A stretch of DNA of 35,381 bases, taken from positions 1 through 35,381 of the forward strand of contig CAYSJY010000002.1 in the NCBI GenBank assembly GCA_964431705.1, given 5' to 3'. Below are positions 1 to 10,172 of this stretch, one piece after another. The stretch's first letter is position 1; each line of letters starts with the position of its first letter. The position numbers and the translations under genes were made by a program. The notes beneath the pieces were generated by a model, which had not been told where the DNA came from, made no database searches, and was given only the letters and a program-made list of their open reading frames with translations. This DNA comes from an uncultured Muribaculaceae bacterium. GTDB lineage: Bacteria; Bacillota_I; Bacilli_A; RF39; UBA660.

Positions 1-2889
1 TTTGCAACAAGTGATTTAAATGATTTATATAGACGTGTTATTAATCGTAATAATCGTTTGAAAAAACTTTTAGAATTAAATGCGCCTTCAATTATTGTAC
101 AAAATGAAAAAAGAATGCTTCAAGAAGCAGTTGACGCATTGTTTGATAATGGAAGACGTGGAAGAAACGTAACTGGTCCTTCTAACAGACCTTTAAAATC
201 AATTTCAAGTATGTTAAAAGGAAAGCAAGGTCGTTTCCGTCAGAATTTACTTGGTAAACGTGTTGACTATTCTGGTCGTTCGGTTATTGCTGTTGGGCCT
301 ACTCTTAAAATGTATCAATGTGGTATACCAAAAGAAATGGCACTTGAATTATTTAAGCCACACGTTATTCATGGTTTAGTACAAAGAGATATTGTTCATA
401 ATATTAAATCTGCTAAAAAATTAATTGAGAATCAAGATGAAAGAGTATGGGATGTTGTTGAGGATGTTATAAAAGAACATCCAGTAATGTTAAACCGTGC
501 TCCAACCCTTCATAGGTTAGGTATCCAAGCATTTGAACCTAAGTTGGTAAGTGGTAAAGCTATTCGTCTTCACCCACTTGTTTGTACGGCGTTTAATGCT
601 GACTTTGATGGTGACCAAATGGCAGTTCACGTACCACTTTCTGAAGAAGCTCAAGCAGAAGCTAGAATATTAATGCTTGGTGCTAATAACATTTTATCTC
701 CAAAAGACGGAAAACCAATTGTTACACCTTCACAGGACATGGTATTAGGTAATTATTACATAACCATGGAAAAAGCTGGAATAGAAGGTGAGGGAAGGGT
801 ATTTAAAGATGCTAATGAAGCGATTGAAGCATATGAAAGAAGAGAAATAACTTTACATGCTAGAATTGCTCTTCCAACAAAATCTTTAAAGTACAAAACC
901 TTTACTGAACAACAAAAACAAATGTATTTAGTTACAACACCTGGTAAATTAATTTTCAATGAAGTATTACCAGATGGATTCCAATATATAAATGAACCAA
1001 GTGACGATAATTTTGAAAATTTAACGCCAATGAAATATTTCTTACCTAAAGGTACAAATATTCCAGAGGCAATAAAAGAAATGCCACTTGTAAAACCATT
1101 CCCACAAGGAGCCTTAAAAAGCATTATTGCCCAAATTTTTAAACGTTATAAAACAACGGAAACATCAATAATGTTAGACAGATTAAAAGATTTAGGGTTC
1201 AAGTATTCTACTTTATCGGGTATCTCAATTTCTATAGCTGATGTTGAAACAAGTGAAAAGAAGCATGAGATAGTTGAAAAATCTCAAAAAACGGTTGATA
1301 CCATAAACAAACAATACAGACGTGGTTTAATAACTGATAAAGAGCGTTATGAAAAAGTTTGTAGTGTATGGAATAATGCAACAAATGAAGTTCAAGCTGA
1401 GTTAAAGGCTAAAGTGGAAGCTCCAACTGATAACCCAATCATGATGATGATTAACTCTAAAGCACGTGGTAATATATCTCAGTTTACACAGCTTGCGGGT
1501 ATGCGTGGATTACTTGCTAAACCTAACGGTGAAGCAGTAGAAATACCTGTTACATCATCATTCATCGATGGACTTTCTGTATCAGAGTTCTTTATATCAA
1601 CTCATGGTGCTCGTAAAGGAAACGCTGATACGGCTTTAAAAACGGCAGATTCTGGATATTTAACAAGACGTTTAGTCGATGTTGTTCAAGATGTTATTGT
1701 TAAAGAAGAAGATTGTGGAACAACACAAGGCGTTGTTGTATCCGATTTTATAGATGAAGCCGCTGGTACAGTAATAGAATCTCTTCACGAGCGTATTGTA
1801 GGGCGCTTTACTAACAAAAAGGTTATTAATCCAAATACTAAGGAAATAATAATTGATAAAAATGAACTTATTACGGAGCCTATCGCTGATAAAATAGATA
1901 AAGCTGGTATAAAAGAAGTTGAGATAAGAACCGCTCTTACTTGTAAAAGTGAAAATGGTGTTTGTGAACATTGTTATGGTACTAACTTAGCTACTGGTAA
2001 CCTTGTTGAGATAGGTGAGGCTGTTGGAATTATGGCTGCTCAATCAATTGGTGAACCTGGTACTCAGCTTACTATGCGTACTTTCCATACTGGAGGTACT
2101 GCATCAGGTGAGGATATAACTCACGGTTTACCTCGTGTACAAGAATTGATTGACGCAAGAAATCCAAAAGCGAAATCAACAATTGCAGAAATAGATGGTA
2201 AGATAACCAAAATAGATGATTTAAATGGTAAGTTCAGAATTGAAATAACAAATGATGTTGAATCAAGGGAACATACAACAAATTATGGTGTTAAGCTTTG
2301 TGTTGAACAAGGGGATACTGTTAAAGCAGGTGATAAACTAAACGTTGGTTCAATTAATCCAAAGGAATTACTTGCGGTAACTGATCCTATAACAGCTCAA
2401 AATTATATTTTAGAAGAAGTTCAGAAAGTTTATAAATCACAAGGTGTTGACGTTTCAGATAAACATATTGAAATACTAGCACGCCGTATGATTGCTCGTA
2501 TTAAAATAGTAGATGGTGGTGAAACATCGCTTGTTGATGGAAAATTAGTATCAATGCATGAGTTTACTAAAGTAAATAAAGATGCAATTATAATGGGTAA
2601 AAAACCAGCTATAGGTCGTCCTATAATGCTTGGTATTACTAAAGCATCACTAGAAACGGATTCATTCTTATCAGCTGCATCATTCCAAGAAACAACAAGA
2701 ATATTAACAGATGCAGCAATAAAAGGAAAAGTTGACCATTTAAGCGGATTAAAAGAAAACGTTATAATTGGTAAATTGATTCCAGCAGGAACGGGTTCTA
2801 AGTATTATTCAAATGTTAATTTTTCTCTTGAAAGTGAACAAATTGAAGATGATGCTTTAGAAGTATTAGAAAACCAATTAACAGATTAG
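1..2889 (+). CDS. rpoC: DNA-directed RNA polymerase subunit beta' (5'-truncated by window edge)
   Basis: Frame 1 is open from nt 1 ([26 protein letters not shown]...), so the track's TTG start at 58 is internal. Catalytic [12 protein letters not shown] motif and typical beta' C-terminal half. Stop TAG at 2887-2889. Confidence 0.97.
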   Translation, partial: FATSDLNDLYRRVINRNNRLKKLLELNAPSIIVQNEKRMLQEAVDALFDNGRRGRNVTGPSNRPLKSISSMLKGKQGRFRQNLLGKRVDYSGRSVIAVGPTLKMYQCGIPKEMALELFKPHVIHGLVQRDIVHNIKSAKKLIENQDERVWDVVEDVIKEHPVMLNRAPTLHRLGIQAFEPKLVSGKAIRLHPLVCTAFNADFDGDQMAVHVPLSEEAQAEARILMLGANNILSPKDGKPIVTPSQDMVLGNYYITMEKAGIEGEGRVFKDANEAIEAYERREITLHARIALPTKSLKYKTFTEQQKQMYLVTTPGKLIFNEVLPDGFQYINEPSDDNFENLTPMKYFLPKGTNIPEAIKEMPLVKPFPQGALKSIIAQIFKRYKTTETSIMLDRLKDLGFKYSTLSGISISIADVETSEKKHEIVEKSQKTVDTINKQYRRGLITDKERYEKVCSVWNNATNEVQAELKAKVEAPTDNPIMMMINSKARGNISQFTQLAGMRGLLAKPNGEAVEIPVTSSFIDGLSVSEFFISTHGARKGNADTALKTADSGYLTRRLVDVVQDVIVKEEDCGTTQGVVVSDFIDEAAGTVIESLHERIVGRFTNKKVINPNTKEIIIDKNELITEPIADKIDKAGIKEVEIRTALTCKSENGVCEHCYGTNLATGNLVEIGEAVGIMAAQSIGEPGTQLTMRTFHTGGTASGEDITHGLPRVQELIDARNPKAKSTIAEIDGKITKIDDLNGKFRIEITNDVESREHTTNYGVKLCVEQGDTVKAGDKLNVGSINPKELLAVTDPITAQNYILEEVQKVYKSQGVDVSDKHIEILARRMIARIKIVDGGETSLVDGKLVSMHEFTKVNKDAIIMGKKPAIGRPIMLGITKASLETDSFLSAASFQETTRILTDAAIKGKVDHLSGLKENVIIGKLIPAGTGSKYYSNVNFSLESEQIEDDALEVLENQLTD

Positions 2890-2912
2890 AAAGTCTTTGG
2901 CTTTCTTTTTTG
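2889..2912 (+). terminator. Rho-independent terminator after rpoC
   Basis: agaaagtc-ttt-ggctttct stem (8 bp, one G:U) followed by a T-run, starting at the rpoC stop codon. Confidence 0.6.
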
Positions 2913-3101
2913 TTTGTATAGTGTAATGCTTATGAAGGTGATTAATTATATATACAAAAAAAAGTTAGGTTAATAGAAGATTAGAGAAAATATGTCATGA
3001 TAATTTAAAATTAAATATAAAAAAGAAGTAAGAAAAAAAATATTATTAACTTTTAAAAATTATTAAAATGTATTATATTTATATGCGTTTTTTTCTTTTT
3101 A

Positions 3102-3110
3102 TGATACAAT
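3102..3110 (+). promoter_or_regulatory. Extended -10 promoter element upstream of tilS
   Basis: TGaTACAAT lies 19 nt upstream of the tilS ATG, which has an AAGGTGG SD. No good -35. Confidence 0.35.
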
Positions 3111-3128
3111 ATACTTTAAGGTGGTTTT

Positions 3129-4457
3129 ATGGATGAAGTTAAGCAGTTTTTGAATGGTCTTAAGATAAAGGTAAGTGACGTTTTAATAGTTGCAGTATCG
3201 TATGGACCAGATTCTATGTTTTTACTTGACTTATTAAAAAATAAGTATAAAGATAATAATATAATTTGTGCACATGTAAACCATAATCATCGAAAAGAAA
3301 GTATAAAAGAAGAGCAAGATTTAAGAAAATATTGTGAAAAAAATAACATTATTTTCGAATTAATGACAATTGAATGTTATAAAAATAATAGATTTACCGA
3401 AGATGAAGCAAGACAAAAAAGATATGAGTTTTTTGATAGTGTAATGAAAAAATATAAATCTAAGTACTTGTTTACCGCTCATCATGGTGATGATTTAGTT
3501 GAAACGGTTTTAATGCGTATTTCTCGTGGGTCTAATTTGAATGGGTATTGTGGAATAAAACAAATATCCAAAAGAAATAATTATAGTATCATAAGGCCTC
3601 TTTTATATTTAACCAAGGATTTTATTATTAAATATTTGGATAATAATGATATTTCGTATGCGCTTGATTATTCTAATAATGATTTAACTTACACAAGAAA
3701 TAGAATTCGCATTAATGTTCTACCATATTTGAAAAAGGAAAATATCAACATTCATAAAAAGTTTCTTTCTTTTTCTTTAGAACTAAATGATTATAATGAA
3801 TTTGTAAATGAAATAGTTGTGGAAAAATATGATAAAGTTATTTCTAATAATAAAATCGTAATAGAAAAAATAAAAAAAGAAAAAGCTCTTATCATAAGAA
3901 AAATAGTAGAGTTATATTTATTAAGTATATATAAAGAAGATATTAAAAAAATTACTAACAAACACGTGTATCAATTAATTGATATGATTTATAGTAAAAG
4001 AACTACGTATGAATTATCATTTCCAAATGAAATAATAATAGTTAAATCTTATAATGTGATATATTTCGGCAGAAAAAAAGAATATAATAGCTACTGCTAT
4101 TGTTTAAAAAAAGCCGTTAAATTGCCTTATAATTATGTTATAAGAAAAGTTGATGAATTATCTGATACATCTAATTATACAACTTGTCTTTTGAGTAGCG
4201 AATTAAAATTACCATTGTTTGTTAGAAATAAAAAAGCAAGCGATGTAATGGAAGTTTTAAATCTTAAAGGAAAGAAAAAAATAAAAGATATATTAATTAA
4301 TTCAAAAGTTGCTAAAGAAAAAAGAGACTCTTACCCAGTGGTAACTGATAAAACTGGTGAAATCATATGGCTTCCCGGTATTAAAAAGTCTAAATACGAT
4401 AAGTCAAAAACAGGAAATTATGATATAATATTAAAGTACTACAAGGAGGATTTATAA
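3129..4457 (+). CDS. tilS: tRNA(Ile)-lysidine synthase
   Basis: N-terminal PP-loop (VAVSYGPDSMFLL, an SGGxDS-type motif). TilS-like substrate and C-terminal domain (PVVTDKTGEIIWLPGIKKS). Conserved position directly upstream of ftsH. The stop overlaps the ftsH ATG (TAATG). Confidence 0.9.
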   Translation: MDEVKQFLNGLKIKVSDVLIVAVSYGPDSMFLLDLLKNKYKDNNIICAHVNHNHRKESIKEEQDLRKYCEKNNIIFELMTIECYKNNRFTEDEARQKRYEFFDSVMKKYKSKYLFTAHHGDDLVETVLMRISRGSNLNGYCGIKQISKRNNYSIIRPLLYLTKDFIIKYLDNNDISYALDYSNNDLTYTRNRIRINVLPYLKKENINIHKKFLSFSLELNDYNEFVNEIVVEKYDKVISNNKIVIEKIKKEKALIIRKIVELYLLSIYKEDIKKITNKHVYQLIDMIYSKRTTYELSFPNEIIIVKSYNVIYFGRKKEYNSYCYCLKKAVKLPYNYVIRKVDELSDTSNYTTCLLSSELKLPLFVRNKKASDVMEVLNLKGKKKIKDILINSKVAKEKRDSYPVVTDKTGEIIWLPGIKKSKYDKSKTGNYDIILKYYKEDL

Positions 4458-6448
4458 TGCAGAATAACCAAAATATGAAAAAGGGAATGTTTCCGTACAT
4501 GTTATTGTTAATAATTGCTATTGCGATAATGCTTTTTTATAGTATTTCAAATAACATGAACACGGAGTTAACATACAATGAATTTATTAATGAATTAAAT
4601 AATAATAATATTGAAAAAGTTGTAATAACACCTAGTACCTCTGCTTATACATATCAATTAACAGGTACGTTAAAAGATGCAGAAGATGGAGAAACTTTTA
4701 GTGTTACTACACCTCTTTCTGATACTGTTATTGAACAAATAGTAAGTCAAAGTGAAGAAAGTGATTTTACGATAGTATCTGAATCTGATCCTACTTCATC
4801 AACTTGGTATGTATTTTTGATGAATATATTACCATACATAATATTGATAGGTATTGCTTTTTGGTTTTTTACAAAGCAATTAGGTGGTCAAAAAGGTTCA
4901 ATGGACTTTGGAAGAAGTAGAGCAAAACTTAATCCTGATAAAGGAAAAGTAACGTTTAAAGACGTTGCAGGGTTACCTGAGGAAAAAGAGGAATTACAAG
5001 AGTTAATAGACTTTTTAAAGAATCCTAAAAAGTTTACCAAATTAGGGGCTAGAATACCTAAGGGAGTGCTTTTAGTAGGACCTCCAGGAACCGGTAAAAC
5101 ATTACTTGCAAAAGCGGTTGCAGGAGAAGCAAATGCACCATTTTATTTCATATCAGGCTCTGATTTCGTAGAGTTATACGTAGGTATTGGTGCAAGTCGT
5201 GTAAGAGATATGTTTAAACAAGCTAAACAAAATGCACCATGTTTAATATTCATAGACGAAATTGATGCGGTGGGGCGTCAACGTGGAACTGGTATCGGTG
5301 GAGGTCATGATGAAAGAGAGCAAACTTTAAATCAGTTATTAACCGAGATGGATGGGTTTGGTGCTAATGAAGGTATTATAATAATAGCAGCAACAAATAG
5401 ACCTGACGTGCTTGATCCAGCTCTTTTAAGACCTGGAAGATTTGATAGACAAGTAACTGTTGCACTTCCTGATGCTAAGGCAAGAGAAGATATATTAAAG
5501 GTTCACGCAAGAAATAAAATTTTATCTAAAAACGTGCATTTAGATAGTATAGCAAAAAGAACGGTAGGATTTTCTGGAGCAGATTTAGAAAACTTACTTA
5601 ACGAAGCTGCACTTCTTGCTGTAAGAAGAGAAAAAGCTGCGATTACCATGCCTGAAATTGATGAGGCAATTGATCGTGTAATAATGGGGCCTGCAAAATT
5701 AACGAAAAAATATACTGCTAAGGAAAAAAGGCTTGTTGCTTATCACGAAGCCGGGCATGCAGTACTTGGTATAAAGCTTGATAATGCAAATGATGTTCAA
5801 AAAGTAACGATAATACCTCGTGGACAAGCCGGTGGATATAACCTTATGCTTCCTAAAGAAGAAAAATATACGGCAACTAAAACTGAATTATTAGAGGAAA
5901 TAATGGGATTGCTTGGTGGGCGTGTTTCTGAAGAAGTTGTGTTTAATGAAATAACAACAGGAGCACATAACGATTTTTCAAAGGCAACGAAAATTGCTCG
6001 TAGTATGGTAACTGAATATGGAATGTCGTCACTTGGACCTGTACAATTAGAAACCCCAGAAGGCAGTTCGTTCTTAGGAAGAGATTATAATAAAAACAGA
6101 AACTTCTCTGATCAAGTAGCTTTAGAAATTGATAACGAGGTTAGAAAAATAATTAATGAATGCTATGACAAAGCTAAAAAAATCATTGAAAAAAACAGGG
6201 ACTTACTTGATTTAATTGCTACCAATTTAATCGAGCATGAAACATTAACTAAAGAACAAATTGACTATTTGGTAGAAAATGGTAAAATGCCAGATGAAGA
6301 TATGTTAGATGATGTTACTTTACCAAAGCTTAAAGAAATGGCAAAGGAAAAAGGAATAAAAGGATATTCTTCAATGGGGAAAGATGAACTTAAAAGAGCT
6401 TTGTCAAGTGAGCTAAAAGAAGAAAAAGAAGAAAGTAAAAACGACTAG
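4457..6448 (+). CDS. ftsH: ATP-dependent zinc metalloprotease FtsH (with extra C-terminal Rho_N/HeH-like module)
   Basis: Two N-terminal TM segments, Walker A GPPGTGKT, Walker [33 protein letters not shown] and Zn site HEAGHA. C-terminal [28 protein letters not shown] tail. Confidence 0.97.
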   Translation: MQNNQNMKKGMFPYMLLLIIAIAIMLFYSISNNMNTELTYNEFINELNNNNIEKVVITPSTSAYTYQLTGTLKDAEDGETFSVTTPLSDTVIEQIVSQSEESDFTIVSESDPTSSTWYVFLMNILPYIILIGIAFWFFTKQLGGQKGSMDFGRSRAKLNPDKGKVTFKDVAGLPEEKEELQELIDFLKNPKKFTKLGARIPKGVLLVGPPGTGKTLLAKAVAGEANAPFYFISGSDFVELYVGIGASRVRDMFKQAKQNAPCLIFIDEIDAVGRQRGTGIGGGHDEREQTLNQLLTEMDGFGANEGIIIIAATNRPDVLDPALLRPGRFDRQVTVALPDAKAREDILKVHARNKILSKNVHLDSIAKRTVGFSGADLENLLNEAALLAVRREKAAITMPEIDEAIDRVIMGPAKLTKKYTAKEKRLVAYHEAGHAVLGIKLDNANDVQKVTIIPRGQAGGYNLMLPKEEKYTATKTELLEEIMGLLGGRVSEEVVFNEITTGAHNDFSKATKIARSMVTEYGMSSLGPVQLETPEGSSFLGRDYNKNRNFSDQVALEIDNEVRKIINECYDKAKKIIEKNRDLLDLIATNLIEHETLTKEQIDYLVENGKMPDEDMLDDVTLPKLKEMAKEKGIKGYSSMGKDELKRALSSELKEEKEESKND

Positions 6449-6462
6449 CAATGGTCGTTTTT
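6437..6462 (+). terminator. Rho-independent terminator after ftsH
   Basis: aaaaacgac / gtcgttttt 9-bp stem with the ftsH TAG stop inside the 8-nt loop. The T-run is part of and follows the 3' arm. Confidence 0.65.
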
Positions 6463-6480
6463 AAATTTTATAAAACTAAA

Positions 6481-6509
6481 TTGAATAAAAGAAAGAAAAA
6501 TGTTATTAT
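6481..6509 (+). promoter_or_regulatory. Sigma-A type promoter for the sigma-like gene
   Basis: TTGAAT (6481-6486), 17-nt spacer ending in TGt, then TATTAT (6504-6509). Confidence 0.55.
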
Positions 6510-6517
6510 TGTAATAT

Positions 6518-8518
6518 ATGGTGGTGCGTATGACAAAAGAAGAAATAATTGCTTTTATAAAAGAAAACACTACAAAGAAAAGTATTTCATTCAAAAGTAT
6601 AAATAAATTGATTAGTGAAAATAGTCTATCAGAAGAATTAATAGACTTCTTTTATGCATATTTAAAAGAAAATGACATCACATTAGAATCAGATAAAGAC
6701 TCATATGAATATGATTTGATTAATAGTGAAGTTGAGGACATTATGAGTTTATACTTTAACGATTTAAAAAAGTGGCCGGTTTTATCTGAACAAGAAGAAA
6801 AAAATGTTTTGCAAGCAGTTAAGTTAAAAGATAAAAATGCTATTGAAACGTTAATTAATTCAAATCTTCGATTAGTTATATATATAGCTAATAAAGTAAG
6901 TAAAAAATATCATTTATCCTCTCTTACTTTATTGGATTTAATTCAAGAAGGAAATATAGGATTAATGAAAGCAGTAGAAAAATATGACATTTCTAAAGGT
7001 TTTAGGTTTTCAACATATGCCACAATTTGGGTTAGACAAGCAATGTCTAGAGCCATAACGAATGAAGACAAAATGATAAGATCTCCTGAGCATTTTGTTT
7101 GGAAAGCTTACAACATAAATAAATTTATATCTAATTATTTTGAACAACATGCTAAGAATCCAACCGTTGAAGAGATTGTTAAAGGAACGAATGAATCGAA
7201 GGAAGACGTTATAAAAATTCTTCAAAATCAATCTTATTGGGTTTCTTTAAATTCCCCTATTAATGACGAAGATAAAAACTCGGAATTAGGTGATTTTATA
7301 CATGATTCATCAAGTATAAAAACCGGTTTAATAGAAAAACAAGAAATTCAAGAAAAATTAAAAAAAATAATTAAACAAATTTATCTAACAAATGATAAAT
7401 TTGATAAAGAAGGTAACTTAATTTCATATGGAACAAGTTCATTTAATGATAAAGAAAAGGAATTAATAAAACGTTTTGGCATTGAATATAGCCTAATTAA
7501 TACCGAGAACTTTAAAATGATAAAGAAAATAGAAAAATTGGAAAGAGAAAGTGAATTTCTTAATATTTTACAAGAAAGATTAAAAGGTATAAAAAAAGAC
7601 TTATCTAAAGAATTACTAGGAACAAAAATAAGGCGTGGAAAAACAAAAGGATACAAGAAAAACGGAATTATTGCGAAGAAAAAACAATATATAATAAACA
7701 TGAACTTACAAAGTATTTTAAATCCTGATAAAGAATTTAACGACATAAATGAAATTGTTATTCAAGTTATAAATGAAAATAAAGAACTATTTGAAAAATA
7801 TAAAAATGAATACAATATGATTATAAATGAGAATAAAAAAACAATTTTAGACATTGTAAAAGAAGGTAATATTAATCAGTTAAATAATAAAATAAATAAA
7901 CTAAATAAAAATCAAAGAATTAAAAATATCATAATTGATTTATGTGATGAATACATAAACAAAATAAAAGAGTTATTGACTGAGTTTGGAATTAATGAAA
8001 CAAGAATAAACAATGATATTAAAGTTATAAATAATCAAATTGATATTTTTAATTATGATTTTGAAAAAATTAGTGATTTATCTGATTTATATAAAGCATT
8101 AAATGACATAGTAAATGACATGGTAATACACCTACAAAAAAAAGAAAAATTACCGAAACATTATCTAATGAGATTAGTGTTTTATCATAATAATAAACTA
8201 AAAAATATATCGTCATTAGACATAGATTTTAATCCAACTAGTAATGATTATGTTAAAAACCATTTACTATATAAAGAGGCAATTCAGTCATTAAGAGAAA
8301 GTGATATTATTATCAAAAGACTAGGGCTATATACTTATGATGGTAAGTACACTTTAGAAGATTTAAAAGATGAATACCATATAACAAAAGAAAGGATAAG
8401 ACAGATTCAAAAATCAGGATTTAGTAAAATAAAGAAAAAATCAAAAAATTCTGGAATAGGAACCGATTTATTTGAAGAAGAATACGTGCCATATGAAATC
8501 ATAAATAAAATAATGTAG
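6518..8518 (+). CDS. Sigma-70 family RNA polymerase sigma factor with a ~300-aa insertion between region 3 and region 4
   Basis: Region 1.1-like N-terminus. Region 1.2/2 ([45 protein letters not shown]). Region 3 (PTVEEIV...SELGDFIHD). Region 4 only at aa ~584-640 ([13 protein letters not shown]...YTLEDL...[19 protein letters not shown]). An alternative start is ATG 6530, preceded by GGTGGTG. Confidence 0.8.
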   Translation: MVVRMTKEEIIAFIKENTTKKSISFKSINKLISENSLSEELIDFFYAYLKENDITLESDKDSYEYDLINSEVEDIMSLYFNDLKKWPVLSEQEEKNVLQAVKLKDKNAIETLINSNLRLVIYIANKVSKKYHLSSLTLLDLIQEGNIGLMKAVEKYDISKGFRFSTYATIWVRQAMSRAITNEDKMIRSPEHFVWKAYNINKFISNYFEQHAKNPTVEEIVKGTNESKEDVIKILQNQSYWVSLNSPINDEDKNSELGDFIHDSSSIKTGLIEKQEIQEKLKKIIKQIYLTNDKFDKEGNLISYGTSSFNDKEKELIKRFGIEYSLINTENFKMIKKIEKLERESEFLNILQERLKGIKKDLSKELLGTKIRRGKTKGYKKNGIIAKKKQYIINMNLQSILNPDKEFNDINEIVIQVINENKELFEKYKNEYNMIINENKKTILDIVKEGNINQLNNKINKLNKNQRIKNIIIDLCDEYINKIKELLTEFGINETRINNDIKVINNQIDIFNYDFEKISDLSDLYKALNDIVNDMVIHLQKKEKLPKHYLMRLVFYHNNKLKNISSLDIDFNPTSNDYVKNHLLYKEAIQSLRESDIIIKRLGLYTYDGKYTLEDLKDEYHITKERIRQIQKSGFSKIKKKSKNSGIGTDLFEEEYVPYEIINKIM

Positions 8519-8546
8519 TTTAATATAAAAAACTCAAATATTAACT

Positions 8547-8570
8547 AAGGGCTTATAATAGCTCTTTTTT
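8547..8570 (+). terminator. Probable terminator after the sigma-like gene
   Basis: aagggct-tataat-agctctt hairpin (7 bp, one G:U) followed by TTTT. Confidence 0.45.
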
Positions 8571-8662
8571 ATAAATTGTGATGAATAACATGTAAATCAA
8601 TGTGTATAAATTAAGTTTATTAATGCAAATAGCTAGTAGTTTTTTGGGTAGTATAATAAAAT

Positions 8663-8691
8663 TTGATAAATAAATGAATTTGTGATATCAT
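8663..8691 (+). promoter_or_regulatory. Sigma-A type promoter for the two-gene orphan cassette
   Basis: TTGATA (8663-8668), 17-nt spacer ending in TGa, then TATCAT (8686-8691). Confidence 0.5.
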
Positions 8692-8739
8692 ATGTACAGT
8701 GGAAAGGAAAATTAATCTCAAGGAATAAATTTCTTAAGA

Positions 8740-9549
8740 TTGTTTATATTTTACAATATGAATAGTGATTTAGAATATAAAATTAAGTATGTTATCACTC
8801 TTTCTAGGGTGAAGTATGAAAATGTAATAAAAAATGCTCAGCATGGTGTTTTTACGACATATGAAAGAGAATTTATAATTGAAGTGATTAAAAATTTTTT
8901 TAATGCGCAAGAGTTATATTATGATGATTATGATCCTAATAAAGTATATTATACAGTTAGGTTTGATGATAGAAAGATGGATATTTATTTTGATTTAGAA
9001 AATATGTACCATTTATTTGGATTACCAAGAATAAATGATTTATCTGAGTTTGAAGATATAGTTTATTGTTTAAAAAATTCTAAAAATTTAAAGCATAAAA
9101 AAACAGGTGAATTTTTAGAATTTTATTCTGAGTTTTTTAAAAAATACGAAGATGATATTGCTAATTATGATTCTAATGAAGAAAATGAAAATAAGAAAAA
9201 AATTAATTGGGACAAAGTGGCTATAAAACTGTTTTCATTTTTAAATCTAGGTGTTTTTAGCAAAGGGCAAACCATCGCCTATAGAGATAAAAAACGTACT
9301 AAAAAAGAATTGCAAGAATATATTTTTATACGCTTTCCATTATCAGAAAACGTTGACTCTAATAATACAGTTAGAATGATTTTAATAGAGGAAAATTTAA
9401 ATGGTAAAACAGTTCTTGTACCAAAATCGTTGCAATTTGAACAGTATCAAGAACCGAAACAAGTATCATCAAAATATAAATACATACCAGAAAAAGTTAC
9501 AATAAATCAATGTATAACTCAAGGAGGTAATGGTAAGTATGTTAGTTAA
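8740..9549 (+). CDS. Hypothetical protein (orphan; possibly nuclease/toxin-like, unverified)
   Basis: Long ORF with no TM segment or signal peptide. The start is uncertain (TTG 8740 or ATG 8758, neither with a good SD). It overlaps the next ORF. I recognise no family with confidence; the only hint is a short F-x4-YHLFGL segment reminiscent of PBECR-type nuclease domains. Confidence 0.6.
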   Translation: MFIFYNMNSDLEYKIKYVITLSRVKYENVIKNAQHGVFTTYEREFIIEVIKNFFNAQELYYDDYDPNKVYYTVRFDDRKMDIYFDLENMYHLFGLPRINDLSEFEDIVYCLKNSKNLKHKKTGEFLEFYSEFFKKYEDDIANYDSNEENENKKKINWDKVAIKLFSFLNLGVFSKGQTIAYRDKKRTKKELQEYIFIRFPLSENVDSNNTVRMILIEENLNGKTVLVPKSLQFEQYQEPKQVSSKYKYIPEKVTINQCITQGGNGKYVS

Positions 9550-10063
9550 TAGTGAATTATATGGTCTTATAATGCAAGCTGCAAATAATCTTAAATTTAA
9601 ATTAATTCCTAATGATGATTTAATAGAAATTTATCATATCCAATTAATTGCGGAAATTATTGTTAAAAATATAAATTATTTGAATTATAAAAGTAATTTA
9701 GAAACAAGAAAAATATATACTGATTTAGATTATGATGATATTTTATTAAAAAGTAATCAAGAAGATGCGGATAAAAAATTGTTTGAAATTCTTCAATTAA
9801 AAGATGAAGACGGAATGATTCGTTTAAAAGCTAAAGAAATAATCAAGCTTACAGAAAAGAATTATTCAAAAGATACTGTAAAAAAATTAATTGATATTTT
9901 TAAAATTAATAATGAAATTATTGAACTTAGGTATCAAATGGAGTCTTATTTTCTTATGTTAAATGAATCTCAAGTAAATAATATTAAAATAAAATTGGAC
10001 GAGTTAGAAAAAGAACTGAATGAAAAAATGAAATTAAAAAATTATAAAAGGTTAGGAATGTAA
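9539..10063 (+). CDS. Hypothetical helical protein, translationally coupled to the upstream ORF
   Basis: GGAGG at 9523-9527 is well spaced for ATG 9539; the track's ATG 9530 is only 2 nt from the SD. It overlaps the upstream stop (9547-9549). Predicted all-helical and K/E/N-rich. No recognisable motif. Confidence 0.6.
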   Translation: MLVNSELYGLIMQAANNLKFKLIPNDDLIEIYHIQLIAEIIVKNINYLNYKSNLETRKIYTDLDYDDILLKSNQEDADKKLFEILQLKDEDGMIRLKAKEIIKLTEKNYSKDTVKKLIDIFKINNEIIELRYQMESYFLMLNESQVNNIKIKLDELEKELNEKMKLKNYKRLGM

Positions 10064-10144
10064 TTAATTTATATTAATCAGATATTTGAATTTATAATGT
10101 ATCAATTATTCAATTATGATAGTTGAAATTTTATACGTAATATT

Positions 10145-10172
10145 AAAACGACTAATCGCTAGTCGTTTTTTT
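10145..10172. terminator. Bidirectional terminator hairpin between convergent genes
   Basis: aaaacgacta-atcgc-tagtcgtttt perfect 10-bp stem followed by TTT on the + strand. It overlaps the last codons and stop of the minus-strand PBP gene. Confidence 0.65.

Noticed and set aside
2912-2957. An 8-bp inverted repeat (tttgtata ... tatacaaa) in the long rpoC-tilS spacer, considered as a possible regulatory structure or sRNA.
   Set aside because: The arms are short, AT-only and about 31 nt apart in very AT-rich DNA, so a chance match is likely. No promoter/terminator pair defines an RNA.
7388-8272. The insertion in the sigma gene as an intein or an inserted mobile gene.
   Set aside because: There are no intein splice-junction residues or blocks (no Cys/Ser at the junction, no HN-C/S/T motif) and no endonuclease motifs. 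The frame is continuous with the same codon bias. It looks like an integral low-complexity, coiled-coil domain.
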